This document shows positions 51,104 through 60,725 of a stretch of DNA of 64,000 nucleotides, piece by piece (position 1 is the first letter of the stretch; each line of letters begins with the position of its first letter). The notes beneath the pieces are model-generated. The model did no database searches and had not been told where the DNA came from. It worked only from the letters and a program-made list of their open reading frames with translations. The stretch lies in IMG/VR virus record IMGVR_UViG_2889049205_000001, positions 32,001 through 96,000 of that record; one strand, written 5' to 3'. A program made the translations under genes and the position numbers. The DNA comes from a virus. Its lineage: Duplodnaviria > Caudoviricetes.

Positions 51104-53392
51104 TCACCTCCCTCCAAGTGTCAGCGGGCAATCGCAATTCGGATGCCACGGCGGTATTTGATCAAATATAGTCATCTCATCCAAGGATGAGAGGCGACTC
51201 AAATCGATAGGGGCCTGCGATTTCTCCAGACACGTAGGGCACGAGCCTTCTGTATACTCGGCGTATACTTCGGATTCGCCGTACCGAACCATCGCAAGCA
51301 CGTAACCGTAGTTGAATGTCTTAGCAATCAGCGTCCGGCATAGTAATGCGTTGCGATACCGCAAGGACTGGAATACGCCTTTGACTCGAAGCATTGCTTC
51401 AACTGGATCATCCAGGTTCTCGAGCTTCTCCGAAAGCATGCTATGTAGCAGCTTCTCTGTCGTATCGAACGATTTTTTAGAAGATTCGGATACGACTCGC
51501 ATCGCCAGTGAGGAATCGATCGAAGCCAGCCGGTTGCGTTTGGCGTCCTTCATGGCCTCTTTGATGCCTTCGCCGAGGGCGCCATTGGCTGCCTTCTGCA
51601 CCTGCTGAACCATCTTGTCCTTCCCAAAGTGGATGGACGACAGCAAGGTATTGGATTCCGTCATCGGGAACGCCTTTCGATCTTGCGCCCGCTTCATTTC
51701 GCTAACGACATCACTTTCAATATCCGAGTAGATCGCTTCGATGCCGGCTTGCAGCTCCTCGACTCGTTCACTTGGGTATCGTGTAAATACCGACTCCTGA
51801 AGATCGACTTCCCATTTAGCATCAGGCGCCTTTCGCTCATTGATCGGACCAACATACCGGAAAAACCCAATCGCAGGGTATTTCTCTTGGTAATACTGTT
51901 CCGAATACGACCACTCGGTGGATTTCTTCGGACCGGACCGGGTGCCGTGCTGATTGCTTGGCTGCTGCTTGTTGTCGGTCGAAGCCGATCCAGCAGCGGC
52001 GGCGGCGGCGGCTTGATCCAGACTTGCCTGGTGCTCGGCTTGCTGCATGCCTATCATCTGGAAATATAGGCGAGACTCGTCGGCCACAGGATCAGATCCC
52101 ATGTTTTTGCGAGTTTCTTCCCATGTCTGCAGATTGTGTTCAAACTTAAAGATTTCATGAGTGTCCATCTTGATCCGCATCTCTTGTTCGATCTCGTTAA
52201 AGACGAAATCGACGTTGAAATCCGGATTGGCCATTGGATCGAATCCGCCTTCCAGAAGAAGCTCCTCAATCATGAACTTGTCGATTTGAACCTGGATCTG
52301 CTGCTGCCAGCCTTTGACACGGTCCACCTTCATACCGCTCATGGAGTCGGCGGTGTTTCGGTTGGCGGTGTCGCCACGACCCATATCGACTGCGCTCATC
52401 CCCATGCCCGTAAAGACTCGGTTCTCAAAGTAGTCCATCAGTGGCCGGACGTCCATCGTATTGATGTTGACGGCCTCGATTTTATGTCGCTCCGGCAGCA
52501 CAATGGCGCCATCGGTTGGCATATCGCTGATAACGGTTTGAAGCTCCGTGATCTCTTCCGGAGAGGACTCCCAGCCCGGTTTATCCAGCCCCACCGTATA
52601 GGCTAGGAGCGGGAATATGTGCCTGTACAAGAGGAGCGCCGCATTCTCTTCAACCTTCCGCAGCAAGCGGATATCGTCGATCATAGGGGCGGCCCAAGGT
52701 GATCCAAACGCTTGGCCGGCTGGACGATTCACAGCAATGTGAATCATGTCTTCCGGCTTGAAAACGAGCGCATCACCCTGTCCTTGCACCTCCTGTTTAT
52801 AGGAGAGCACGGTTCCGTTCGCATCACGAGCGACCGTAATCGTTTGCGGCGGCAAACGGAAATACCCAGCAATAGGATCTTTAGCCGGTAGAACTGCAAG
52901 TGCAGTTACGCCCGGCGGAAGTCCGACACCCTTTTTCGCTCTTGCCTTTACAATGAAGCTGTTCGCATAGCGAACGATGTCATCGCCGATTCCCTGGAAC
53001 AGTTCTTCCGTAGGAATCAAAGTAGCGATGGCGATCATTTCAAGGCGTAAACGGAGGTAATCCAGCGCTTGTTCGTTCTTTCCCTTGAAGTGATACCCTG
53101 ATTTAAAAATCAGTTCTCGGTATCGCATGACGGCCTGAGTAAGATAAGAATCTCGCTCGATGGCTGTTGCAATCAAGGTAAGATCGGCTGCTGGTCCCTC
53201 AAAGTTGTCTCGGCCACTACCACCTGATCCGTTGCTGAGTTGATAACCAATGCGCTTAACCTGGACTTGCTTAGGGTCTCGATTAATCGTGACCCCGCTG
53301 CCACCCGATCCAGCGCCGCCCGGTGGTGTCGGTGCGTTCTGCAAGCCTATTCTCCGCATCATTTGTTTGAACAGTTTTGCCAAGAACAACAC
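51104..53392 (-). CDS. Portal protein with C-terminal MuF/gp7-like domain
   Basis: Portal-like F.PED.IH......AFG.P and F.F.E; C-terminal CPTC...PPWHPNCDC. Confidence 0.8.
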   Translation of the reverse strand: MLFLAKLFKQMMRRIGLQNAPTPPGGAGSGGSGVTINRDPKQVQVKRIGYQLSNGSGGSGRDNFEGPAADLTLIATAIERDSYLTQAVMRYRELIFKSGYHFKGKNEQALDYLRLRLEMIAIATLIPTEELFQGIGDDIVRYANSFIVKARAKKGVGLPPGVTALAVLPAKDPIAGYFRLPPQTITVARDANGTVLSYKQEVQGQGDALVFKPEDMIHIAVNRPAGQAFGSPWAAPMIDDIRLLRKVEENAALLLYRHIFPLLAYTVGLDKPGWESSPEEITELQTVISDMPTDGAIVLPERHKIEAVNINTMDVRPLMDYFENRVFTGMGMSAVDMGRGDTANRNTADSMSGMKVDRVKGWQQQIQVQIDKFMIEELLLEGGFDPMANPDFNVDFVFNEIEQEMRIKMDTHEIFKFEHNLQTWEETRKNMGSDPVADESRLYFQMIGMQQAEHQASLDQAAAAAAAGSASTDNKQQPSNQHGTRSGPKKSTEWSYSEQYYQEKYPAIGFFRYVGPINERKAPDAKWEVDLQESVFTRYPSERVEELQAGIEAIYSDIESDVVSEMKRAQDRKAFPMTESNTLLSSIHFGKDKMVQQVQKAANGALGEGIKEAMKDAKRNRLASIDSSLAMRVVSESSKKSFDTTEKLLHSMLSEKLENLDDPVEAMLRVKGVFQSLRYRNALLCRTLIAKTFNYGYVLAMVRYGESEVYAEYTEGSCPTCLEKSQAPIDLSRLSSLDEMTIFDQIPPWHPNCDCPLTLGGR

Positions 53393-53430
53393 CTCCCCCG
53401 TCTGCGACTATTGGCTTCATATCTTCATTA

Positions 53431-53460
53431 ATTATACATGAACGGTGTAGTGCATTACAC
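53431..53460 (-). promoter_or_regulatory. Promoter of portal/head operon with palindromic site over the -35 region
   Basis: GTGTAGTGCATTACAC at 53445-53460 and minus-strand TATAAT at 53431-53436. Confidence 0.6.
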
Positions 53461-53466
53461 ACTCCG

Positions 53467-54738
53467 CTATATGGCGTAGCCTTGAGCCTTTAGATAATCC
53501 TGCGCCCATTCCTCGGTGACGACACTCACATCTTCCAAATCCTCAATTATTTTCAGGAATCTGCGTATTTCCTCTTTCTTTTGAATCAGGCCCATTTGAT
53601 CGTCATAAAAAACGGACTCTTGCTGATAAAATCGAAGGATATCTGCGTTTCCACTTTGGTATTTGTCGCCGGTCGTTTTCATCGAATCGACAAGCAAAGT
53701 GGCAAGCTTTTGGAAGGTATCGGTGCTATTCTCATTTTGGTTGTACAGCCAATCTTGAAGACCTTGGCCGGACTTCACTTTCAGCTGCTGATAGAACCAG
53801 AGCTGCTTCGAAACAAACTGCTCTTTCTGGTCATTAATGGACTGGTATTGTCCTTTTAGCTGTGTGTGCTTGGTCTTGAGATCCCGGAATGCCAGAATCA
53901 GGTGCGACTGAGCGCCGGAACGATCTGTCAGTGTTGAGATCTGCATGATCATGTCATGAGTGCCGTCTCCGAGCACCAGTTGCGGCTGTTCAATCAGCTG
54001 CTTGGCTTTCTCTGTCACCTGCATAAACATCAAGTACCGATTACGGTGGATATAAGAAGCGTCGGCAAGTGTCGTATGAAACTCTGATTTGTCTCGCTTC
54101 GCCGCATCCTGGCTGGCCAGCTCTTCCTCGAGGGCAGCAACTTGTCGCTGGATGTCGTTTTCATCAACAGATTCATCGTCGCCATGTTCCTGGTACAGCT
54201 GCTGGATCTTCTCCTCAATCTCAAGGAACTTGAGCTCCATCTGCGTCCATCCGGCGATCGAAGAGTGCTCTGCGTTCAGCAGATCTTCTACGTTTCGTTC
54301 ATCCGTGATCTGGTTACGGTAATGGGTGTCAATAAAGCTGCGCCGGCTATCGACGGACTTTTTCATGTGGAAGAGGATCGTATAGACCTCATAGTCCGGA
54401 GCCCCATGGTGGTCGCTGTATTTGTCTTCCCATGCTATTATTTTCGCACTGTCGCCGGCCGCCAGGTCGCCTTTGTACGCCTTGAAATCAGCTGTCGCCT
54501 GTCGCCCTTCGATAGTCTGCATAATAGCCTCAATTGCTTTAGACAATGCATCATAGTCTATCAAGCTTTGAGCGATCGTGAAATCCTTGGCTCGCTCGAT
54601 CTTGATAATCGTGTTCGGATTAACCATGGCGATGCGCTCTCGATCGGGCATAACAACCTGTGGTCGATACATGACCTGTTCCCGCTCATAGGGAGTATCA
54701 ATCCCAGTCTTTCCATACAGCTCATCCATCTCTTCCAT
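53467..54738 (-). CDS. Hypothetical helical/coiled-coil protein between TerL and portal
   Basis: Start moved to MEEMD behind GAAAGGG. Confidence 0.6.
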   Translation of the reverse strand: MEEMDELYGKTGIDTPYEREQVMYRPQVVMPDRERIAMVNPNTIIKIERAKDFTIAQSLIDYDALSKAIEAIMQTIEGRQATADFKAYKGDLAAGDSAKIIAWEDKYSDHHGAPDYEVYTILFHMKKSVDSRRSFIDTHYRNQITDERNVEDLLNAEHSSIAGWTQMELKFLEIEEKIQQLYQEHGDDESVDENDIQRQVAALEEELASQDAAKRDKSEFHTTLADASYIHRNRYLMFMQVTEKAKQLIEQPQLVLGDGTHDMIMQISTLTDRSGAQSHLILAFRDLKTKHTQLKGQYQSINDQKEQFVSKQLWFYQQLKVKSGQGLQDWLYNQNENSTDTFQKLATLLVDSMKTTGDKYQSGNADILRFYQQESVFYDDQMGLIQKKEEIRRFLKIIEDLEDVSVVTEEWAQDYLKAQGYAI

Positions 54739-54765
54739 GCGATCAGCCCTTTCGGTGAAATAAAT

Positions 54766-54793
54766 ATGTAAAGCGCCGGATTGCTCCGGCGCC
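54766..54793 (-). terminator. Terminator-like hairpin downstream of terL
   Basis: Minus strand GGCGCCGGA-GCAA-TCCGGCGCT followed by TTACATATTT (weak U tract). Confidence 0.55.
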
Positions 54794-54910
54794 CCAGGGA
54801 AAGAGATGAGCCTAGCCAAAAAAGGGGACAGGGGATAATGTGGCCTTTCCACCTCTCAGGGGGATGCTAAGAGGGACGACGCATTATTTCAGGCACTCCC
54901 AGATTCACAG

Positions 54911-56689
54911 TTAGAACCTGGCCCTTTTTGATGGCTTTGCTGCAGTAGACCCTCGACCCCACGGATTCGACGCTCCTGACTTGGAGTATCCAAGCGGAAC
55001 GCTATTCCAGTGCCAGGCCGGATTGTCTTTTGCTTCTCTTTCAGCTCTTTTGATAGGAATGTAGACGTCACGGTTGCCGCCAAAGACTTTCTCCGTTAAC
55101 TTCTTTTCCTGATTATGTTTTACGGGTAATGCCTTACGTGTTACCCTGATTTCTTCAAGGATCTTTGTGATATCTGGAAACTCGAGCGTAAAGCCCATGA
55201 TCGTCAGCATGAAGGCATCGAGCGCATGCTCATTTTCGCTGGTATAAACCGGCTTACCATTCTGAGAGATCCGAATGACCTGATAATCCATCATTTGCTT
55301 CCAGATCATGTCGTCAAAAGGTGAAAGAATGATCTGATCCCGATCCAAGAGAATCGAAGTTTGGTTGATCATGAAGTTCTTTGCGTCTTTCTTTTCGACT
55401 TCACGAGTACCAGGATCTCGAATCTCAATGGCTTGCGAGAAATGGACCCTCTTGACCTTTTTAAGCAGCCCGGATTCCGGGTGATCAAGTCCGTACTTAT
55501 GAAGCATCTCGATTTGATACTCACCATGACCCGCATCGATATACCAGAATTTCGGGTCAAAGATTTCATTCAGTTCAATAATCTTCTGAACAGCGTTGTC
55601 GTAGGTAAAATCGCCTCGAGGAATCTCTACCCGGATGGTCGGACGGAACTTTTTGTGCAGCTCGTCGAACTCGGAAATCACGATTTGCGTGGCATTTGCG
55701 TATTTATCCCAGTCCACTCCGCCAACTCGAATCGCTTTCGGAGCGGGTCTAGTTTTAGTATACGGTCCGAAGTAAACGATGTCATTCACGGCCATGCCCT
55801 GCTTCTCGTACTGCGACCGCTCCCAGAGGTTCAGATCACGATATGAATATAGATATTGCGATTTTGCTCGCTCAACTGCCGATTTGCTGAATACTCCGAC
55901 CGTTTCTTCTCCAAAGTCCGCCATTACCTCGTGAATATACGCCTGCTCCGTCATCGTTGCACGAAGCTCGCCCTCTAATTGCTCATCCCAATCTGGGTTA
56001 ACCATGGATGGGAAGTGGTACGAATTGTAGCCGGTATGAGGGTTCGTACAGACCTCATAGAAGAAGTCACGTTTTCCTGTTGGCGTAGAAGAACACCAGA
56101 TGCCGATCCGCTTCGGATCCTCGACGGCAATGGCTGTGGTGGCGTCGATGCCGCCACGGTCCATATAATCGATCTCATCCATGAAGATCCAGTCGGCCCG
56201 TTGTCCACGGATGGATGCACCGGCATTACCCTGGGTGGCGCCGACGGTAAAACCCATGATTGACGAGCCGTTACCAAATTGAATGATGAACGGATTCTTG
56301 GTATTGGATGTTACGGCGTCTGCCAGCTCCTCGCAGCCGTTAATCATCTCATTGATCCGCATGAAAATGAGACGAATCTGGTTCTCATATGGCGCAGCGA
56401 TGACAAGCCTCGCATTCTTATGATGAAAGGCATACCATAAACAGAATATTACCATTGTCTCTGTTTTTCCTACCCGTCGTCCCATCCGAACTGCTAGGCG
56501 GCGTGCGCCTTTCATAATGTCTCGGATGAGTCTTCGCTGGTACCAACGGGCTTTCCATGGATTACCCTTTGGATCTTTCAGCTTCCAGAGCGCCCATTTG
56601 ATGGGATCAGAGCGGAGATTCCGCTCCATTTCGTCCATATGTTCATCTGAAATCGGTTCTGCATATACTTCGGCTTCTGCGGCTGACAT
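54911..56689 (-). CDS. terL: Terminase large subunit
   Basis: Walker A GRRVGKT, Walker B IFMDE, SSTP coupling motif, and RNase H-type GVDW...D.G...HALDA. Confidence 0.95.
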   Translation of the reverse strand: MSAAEAEVYAEPISDEHMDEMERNLRSDPIKWALWKLKDPKGNPWKARWYQRRLIRDIMKGARRLAVRMGRRVGKTETMVIFCLWYAFHHKNARLVIAAPYENQIRLIFMRINEMINGCEELADAVTSNTKNPFIIQFGNGSSIMGFTVGATQGNAGASIRGQRADWIFMDEIDYMDRGGIDATTAIAVEDPKRIGIWCSSTPTGKRDFFYEVCTNPHTGYNSYHFPSMVNPDWDEQLEGELRATMTEQAYIHEVMADFGEETVGVFSKSAVERAKSQYLYSYRDLNLWERSQYEKQGMAVNDIVYFGPYTKTRPAPKAIRVGGVDWDKYANATQIVISEFDELHKKFRPTIRVEIPRGDFTYDNAVQKIIELNEIFDPKFWYIDAGHGEYQIEMLHKYGLDHPESGLLKKVKRVHFSQAIEIRDPGTREVEKKDAKNFMINQTSILLDRDQIILSPFDDMIWKQMMDYQVIRISQNGKPVYTSENEHALDAFMLTIMGFTLEFPDITKILEEIRVTRKALPVKHNQEKKLTEKVFGGNRDVYIPIKRAEREAKDNPAWHWNSVPLGYSKSGASNPWGRGSTAAKPSKRARF

Positions 56690-56693
56690 TGGC

Positions 56694-57098
56694 TCACCTA
56701 CTCTGATCTTGAATGAATCCAGCGAGAAGGCCAAATCCAATAGCAGATCCATAGTTCACTATTCGTCCGATGGGTGTCTTCACCCCATGATCGGGAATCT
56801 TCGACAGCGCCCGCCGGACTCGATTTTCTTCGCTCATTCCTCTGGCCAGGAAGTGATCCCCGAAACTGCCCTTATTATATAGGAGCTCGTCACGAACGAA
56901 TTTACTGGCCCGATTATCCGCATTAAACAACTGCTTCCCAAAAGCTTGTCCAGTCCCGGCAACCGTGAGCGCAGCCTCTTGAGCTGCGCCCTGGACCATA
57001 CCGAAACCGACCGCCTTCATGGCCCTGCCCCATTGATACTGGAACTCAGACTCATCTGTTTTCTGGTACGGCTGGTTGCTGTGCATCATGTCGATCAC
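56694..57098 (-). CDS. Small protein with hydrophobic Gly/Ala segments
   Basis: NQPYQ near the N-terminus; C-terminal GSAIGFGLLAGFI. Confidence 0.6.
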   Translation of the reverse strand: MIDMMHSNQPYQKTDESEFQYQWGRAMKAVGFGMVQGAAQEAALTVAGTGQAFGKQLFNADNRASKFVRDELLYNKGSFGDHFLARGMSEENRVRRALSKIPDHGVKTPIGRIVNYGSAIGFGLLAGFIQDQSR

Positions 57099-57544
57099 CC
57101 CTTATTGAGGCTGTCGATACCTGCTCCAACAAGACCCATACCTAAGATGCCCGCCGCATATCGCACTGCAGCACCTTTTCCGGAACCGAAATGCTTGCCG
57201 TAGAACGATTTTCTTGTCGCTTCAGTTGGCGGAACATAACTCGTACCCCGAGGCATGTCGTTGTATGGCCCACCTGGACCGAGCGCAAGCGGAGCTGCAG
57301 CGCCATTGCCGAGGTAGCCTGCGCCATTTGCGTAATTGCTCGCTTGCATGTTCATCCGGCGAACAGCTGCTGGAGCGGATGCTGCGGCTCCAGGCGAACG
57401 ATCACGAGCCGCCTCAAGACCACGCTGATGGGCTCGTTTCGAGAAATAGTGTGCTGCCCCGATGCCGCCGGCGCCCGCCGCTGCACCTACCGCTGCACCG
57501 TTCCATACACTATCATTCGTCACTCGCTGATAGGGTTGATTCAT
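57095..57544 (-). CDS. Gly/Ala-rich glycine-zipper-like protein
   Basis: GAAVGAAAGAGGIGA and AAGILGMGLVGAGI. Confidence 0.65.
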   Translation of the reverse strand: MNQPYQRVTNDSVWNGAAVGAAAGAGGIGAAHYFSKRAHQRGLEAARDRSPGAAASAPAAVRRMNMQASNYANGAGYLGNGAAAPLALGPGGPYNDMPRGTSYVPPTEATRKSFYGKHFGSGKGAAVRYAAGILGMGLVGAGIDSLNKG

Positions 57545-57559
57545 CGTGTTCTCCTCCTT

Positions 57560-58024
57560 CTAGTAGAGCTTTCTTGCCCCACGGGCATGGTTGGCCATGA
57601 CGCCTGCTGCAGTTTGTCGAGCATTCATCATACTGTTCATCCCCTGGGTCTTCATCCATTGCTGCGTTTCATTTTCAGTGAAGCCGCCGCCGAACATCTG
57701 CGACTTGGCACCAAGCCCGGACGCTGCCTGGTCTACTGCATCCATAACAGCTGGAGCTGCTTGCAAAGCGGCCATCCCGAGCATGGCTCCCCATCCACCT
57801 GGCATCATCGCCCAGAAAGCATTCGTCGCTACTGCCTTTGCGGCAGCCGGCAGAACACTTTCGCCGTCCTTCACCCTGCTGTAGAAATCAAAGCCAGTGA
57901 AGCCGTAACTCATGAGACCTCCGCCAACCTTGCCGGCCCACTTTCCTTTTGCCGCCTGAACCGGTGCCTCAGCGGACCGTGATCCAGCCGATTGGGCCGC
58001 CCCGTATGGAACGCCTTGCTGCAT
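57560..58024 (-). CDS. Gly/Ala-rich putative membrane-inserting protein
   Basis: AFWAMMPGGWGAMLGMAALQAAP. Confidence 0.65.
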   Translation of the reverse strand: MQQGVPYGAAQSAGSRSAEAPVQAAKGKWAGKVGGGLMSYGFTGFDFYSRVKDGESVLPAAAKAVATNAFWAMMPGGWGAMLGMAALQAAPAVMDAVDQAASGLGAKSQMFGGGFTENETQQWMKTQGMNSMMNARQTAAGVMANHARGARKLY

Positions 58025-58026
58025 GA

Positions 58027-58359
58027 TTACGCACCTCCGTTCCGGAGATTATGAAGCGCAAATACGAGATCGCCTGTTGCGCCAAGCGCCGGATCGCCGC
58101 CGTTTCGAGCCGTGTACCCCTTGCCGTCTGCTTGTGTGGACTGCAGCGACTGGATGCCCCGGTTGTCATTGGCGTAAATTGTAGCCAAATCATGATGATA
58201 CTCATTGGCTGACGACACGGTATGATAGGCGGTCATGGCGCCAAGGACGCCCCATCCAGCTAACTTCCCGGTCTTTCCAAGCTCATAGCCGCTATACAGG
58301 TTGTCCAAGCCTCGACGGCCTGTCTTGTTGATCCAGTCTCCTCTGAATCGCACTGCCAT
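58027..58359 (-). CDS. Small Gly-rich protein with one hydrophobic segment
   Basis: Start MAVRF behind AAGGAG; KLAGWGVLGAMTAY; GATGDLVFALH. Confidence 0.65.
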   Translation of the reverse strand: MAVRFRGDWINKTGRRGLDNLYSGYELGKTGKLAGWGVLGAMTAYHTVSSANEYHHDLATIYANDNRGIQSLQSTQADGKGYTARNGGDPALGATGDLVFALHNLRNGGA

Positions 58360-58363
58360 GAGA

Positions 58364-59101
58364 TCACTCTCCTTCTTCGAAACCGATCGGCTGCGCCTCA
58401 ATTACGGTGGCAGATCCATTCATGCGGGCGTAGTAGGCTTTTTCGGCTTCGTCTTCCTGCTCCTCTAAAAAGGTCACGTCCGTCTTGAGCTTGAGCATCT
58501 CTGCCGCTCGTTGGGACGGATCCACCTCGACAGTAATCTTGGTGCCCTCTTTATCTTTACGTGTCGAGTTCATCAACTGCATGGTCTTGAACAGACTTTG
58601 GCGCAGCTTCTCTTTGTACTCGACAACCGGGTGCAGCTCGGACTTGGTGATTGGCTCGGAGTCTTCCGTCATACCGATCGTATTCTGAATAATAAAGTCG
58701 GCGTCGATCGCCATTTTATTGTCGCAACGGAGCATCGTAACGCCGATATCGACGAGCTCTCGAATCATAATTAAATCCACTGTGCTGCGTGGGTCTTCCG
58801 GCTTTATCTTAAAGTGCTCACAATATCGGTCATAGAGATCCTCAATCGCCGCAATCTCAATCGGACATTTCTCTTCTACCGGCGCCATATCTGCTTTGTA
58901 CAGGAAGCAATTCTCCCGGTATGGGCAAGCCTGCCCCTTGCAGATGATCGGAACGCTGGCATAAAGGCCGTGCTTCGTGTTTCGCATACGTTTCGCCACA
59001 TCAATGGCTGCCACGGCATCCGGATTAAGTGTCCATGCGGTTGGATTCAGGTTCTGGGATACAGTAAGCTTCCCAGCTTCGGTTTTTGGTCCTGTACTCA
59101 T
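58364..59101 (-). CDS. Probable terminase small subunit
   Basis: STGPKT.AGK...N...KHGLYA motif, Cys cluster (C....C.....C...C) and helical body, upstream of terL. Confidence 0.55.
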   Translation of the reverse strand: MSTGPKTEAGKLTVSQNLNPTAWTLNPDAVAAIDVAKRMRNTKHGLYASVPIICKGQACPYRENCFLYKADMAPVEEKCPIEIAAIEDLYDRYCEHFKIKPEDPRSTVDLIMIRELVDIGVTMLRCDNKMAIDADFIIQNTIGMTEDSEPITKSELHPVVEYKEKLRQSLFKTMQLMNSTRKDKEGTKITVEVDPSQRAAEMLKLKTDVTFLEEQEDEAEKAYYARMNGSATVIEAQPIGFEEGE

Positions 59102-59249
59102 CCCTGCACATCCCTCTGAAAATAAAATAGAGGCCGGCGCCCTCACCCCCTATTATCCCAATCGGTGTTAGTTAGGGCGGCGCCTAGACCCCTGCTTCTT
59201 AATTTTACACCCTAGCCATAGAGCAACTAAAACCCGCTCCTGGCGCAAC

Positions 59250-59281
59250 AAAAAAAGCAGCTCCCGGTATTGGGAGCTGCT
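59250..59281 (-). terminator. Intrinsic terminator of parMR operon
   Basis: Minus strand AGCAGCTCCC-AATACC-GGGAGCTGCT followed by TTTTTT. Confidence 0.85.
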
Positions 59282-59288
59282 CGTTGGT

Positions 59289-59447
59289 TCATTCAGATGG
59301 TTTGTTGTTTTCCTGCTTATTCTTCTCGATTTCTATCGCAAGCTTGAGCAGGCGGCGTACTTCGTGTGATTGGTCGCCTTTAGGGATCTCGTCGAAGTGA
59401 TCCTTTATGGCTGTATCCACGTCCCTTATTCTCGCTTGTAAGAGCAT
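59289..59447 (-). CDS. ParR-like ribbon-helix-helix adaptor (not in ORF track)
   Basis: MLLQARIRDVDTAIKDHFDEIPKGDQSHEVRRLLKLAIEIEKNKQENNKPSE has a strand-helix-helix pattern. An in-frame GTG at 59456 overlaps the parM stop. Confidence 0.75.
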   Translation of the reverse strand: MLLQARIRDVDTAIKDHFDEIPKGDQSHEVRRLLKLAIEIEKNKQENNKPSE

Positions 59448-59452
59448 ATTGG

Positions 59453-60664
59453 TCACACTGCCTCTTCAAGCATTTGGAGGAATGGCACTACGTATTCCTC
59501 GAAGATTTCATCTTGCGGCATGCCCTTTTGAACCAGGTTCAGGACCGCCATTTCATAGAATCCGATAACGTTGCTGTATTGAGCCATTTCGGCTTTGAAC
59601 AGACCACCAACGTTTTTCGACTTGAATGCCAAGACGAGAGAATCGAAGAAGATATCGGCGCCGCCACCGGTGATCAGGATACCCTGCAGACGCTGAATCT
59701 CACTGCCCCATGCTCGGGTTACTTCGTCCACGATCAGTTCAGCAACCTCTTCCACGGATTCTGTGATTTCTGGCGTCACGTCGTGAGTTTCTCCAGCGTA
59801 CCACAGCGACTTCGTGCGGATCATTACGTCAAGATCCGTATCAGTTGCCTTGTACTCGTAGCCTTCTGCAGCGAACTTAATCGCAAGTTTCGTGCGCAGC
59901 TTGTCGTACACAAGGTTCGTCGCTTCAGTGGAGATTGAAGTGCCTTCTTCTTCACGGATGAATCCATCTTCGAAGAGTGCGGCATCCGTTGTGCCTTGGC
60001 CGATGTCAATGACGCCATGATATTTTGGTGCTTTGCCGGCAGGCAGCAGCAACGTTTTTTCTTCCCTATAGTTAGGATTGAATCTGTAGGTATGATCGAG
60101 AACCGTTCCTTCCGGCTGGCGGATGATATCGACATCGATTACGTTGATTTTCTTGATTACAGTTTTTCCATGGCCCAAGTTGAATGTGATCTCAAAGGAT
60201 TGCTTCAAGTATTCGACCAGCTTGTCCGCATAAATTTTACCGTAATCTTCATTCGGTACGCCTGTCTCCAGGATAACGTCGTACTCGCCTTCTTCATCTG
60301 GAACACCAAGGGCGATCGCTGTGCGGAACAAGACTTGGCTGTCTGTATCTGTTGCACGATCACGAGCCTCTGTACGGTTCGATGTGCGTCCGCCGGTTTT
60401 CGTGCGGGCCTGGTCGCCAACCATATGTGTTTTTCCGTCGATCGTTACAACCAGCTTCTGACGGTTGATTTCATCAAAATTGAACAATTTCGTGCTCGGC
60501 TGTCCGGAAACCACGATGCTTGGAAACACGTACTGAATCCCTGCACTGGAAAGGAGCTTGCCCCATCCGAAACCCATGTCAAGTGCGATTAGAATTGGAC
60601 GTTTCGTCTTTGCCAATGGAATACCGGACTTCGGTGCTGCCTTGGATGAACTTGCTGCTGGCAT
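59453..60664 (-). CDS. parM: ParM/StbA-family actin-like ATPase
   Basis: ALDMGFGWGK (phosphate 1), QPEG, IDIGQGTTD (phosphate 2), ITGGGA, N..GF. Confidence 0.9.
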   Translation of the reverse strand: MPAASSSKAAPKSGIPLAKTKRPILIALDMGFGWGKLLSSAGIQYVFPSIVVSGQPSTKLFNFDEINRQKLVVTIDGKTHMVGDQARTKTGGRTSNRTEARDRATDTDSQVLFRTAIALGVPDEEGEYDVILETGVPNEDYGKIYADKLVEYLKQSFEITFNLGHGKTVIKKINVIDVDIIRQPEGTVLDHTYRFNPNYREEKTLLLPAGKAPKYHGVIDIGQGTTDAALFEDGFIREEEGTSISTEATNLVYDKLRTKLAIKFAAEGYEYKATDTDLDVMIRTKSLWYAGETHDVTPEITESVEEVAELIVDEVTRAWGSEIQRLQGILITGGGADIFFDSLVLAFKSKNVGGLFKAEMAQYSNVIGFYEMAVLNLVQKGMPQDEIFEEYVVPFLQMLEEAV

Positions 60665-60665
60665 A

Positions 60666-60725
60666 TGTATGTTCCACCTTTCATTTTGTCATACGATGTA
60701 TGAACATGTATGAATCTGTATGACA
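60666..60725. repeat. parC-like iterons
   Basis: TGTATGA at 60697, 60707 and 60717 (10-bp period), inverted TGTCATAC at 60687 and TGTATG at 60666. Confidence 0.7.

Noticed and set aside
55126-55137. GTAATGCCTTAC variant of the palindrome inside terL
   Set aside because: Intragenic with one core mismatch; could be chance, so it was not counted as a site.
54832-59159. 8-bp complementarity (GGGATAAT/ATTATCCC) between the elements flanking terS-terL
   Set aside because: Too short over 4.3 kb to distinguish from chance.
60666-60725. Short direct repeats as a possible CRISPR or replication origin
   Set aside because: 7-bp units with no spacers; position between the promoter and parM fits parC better.
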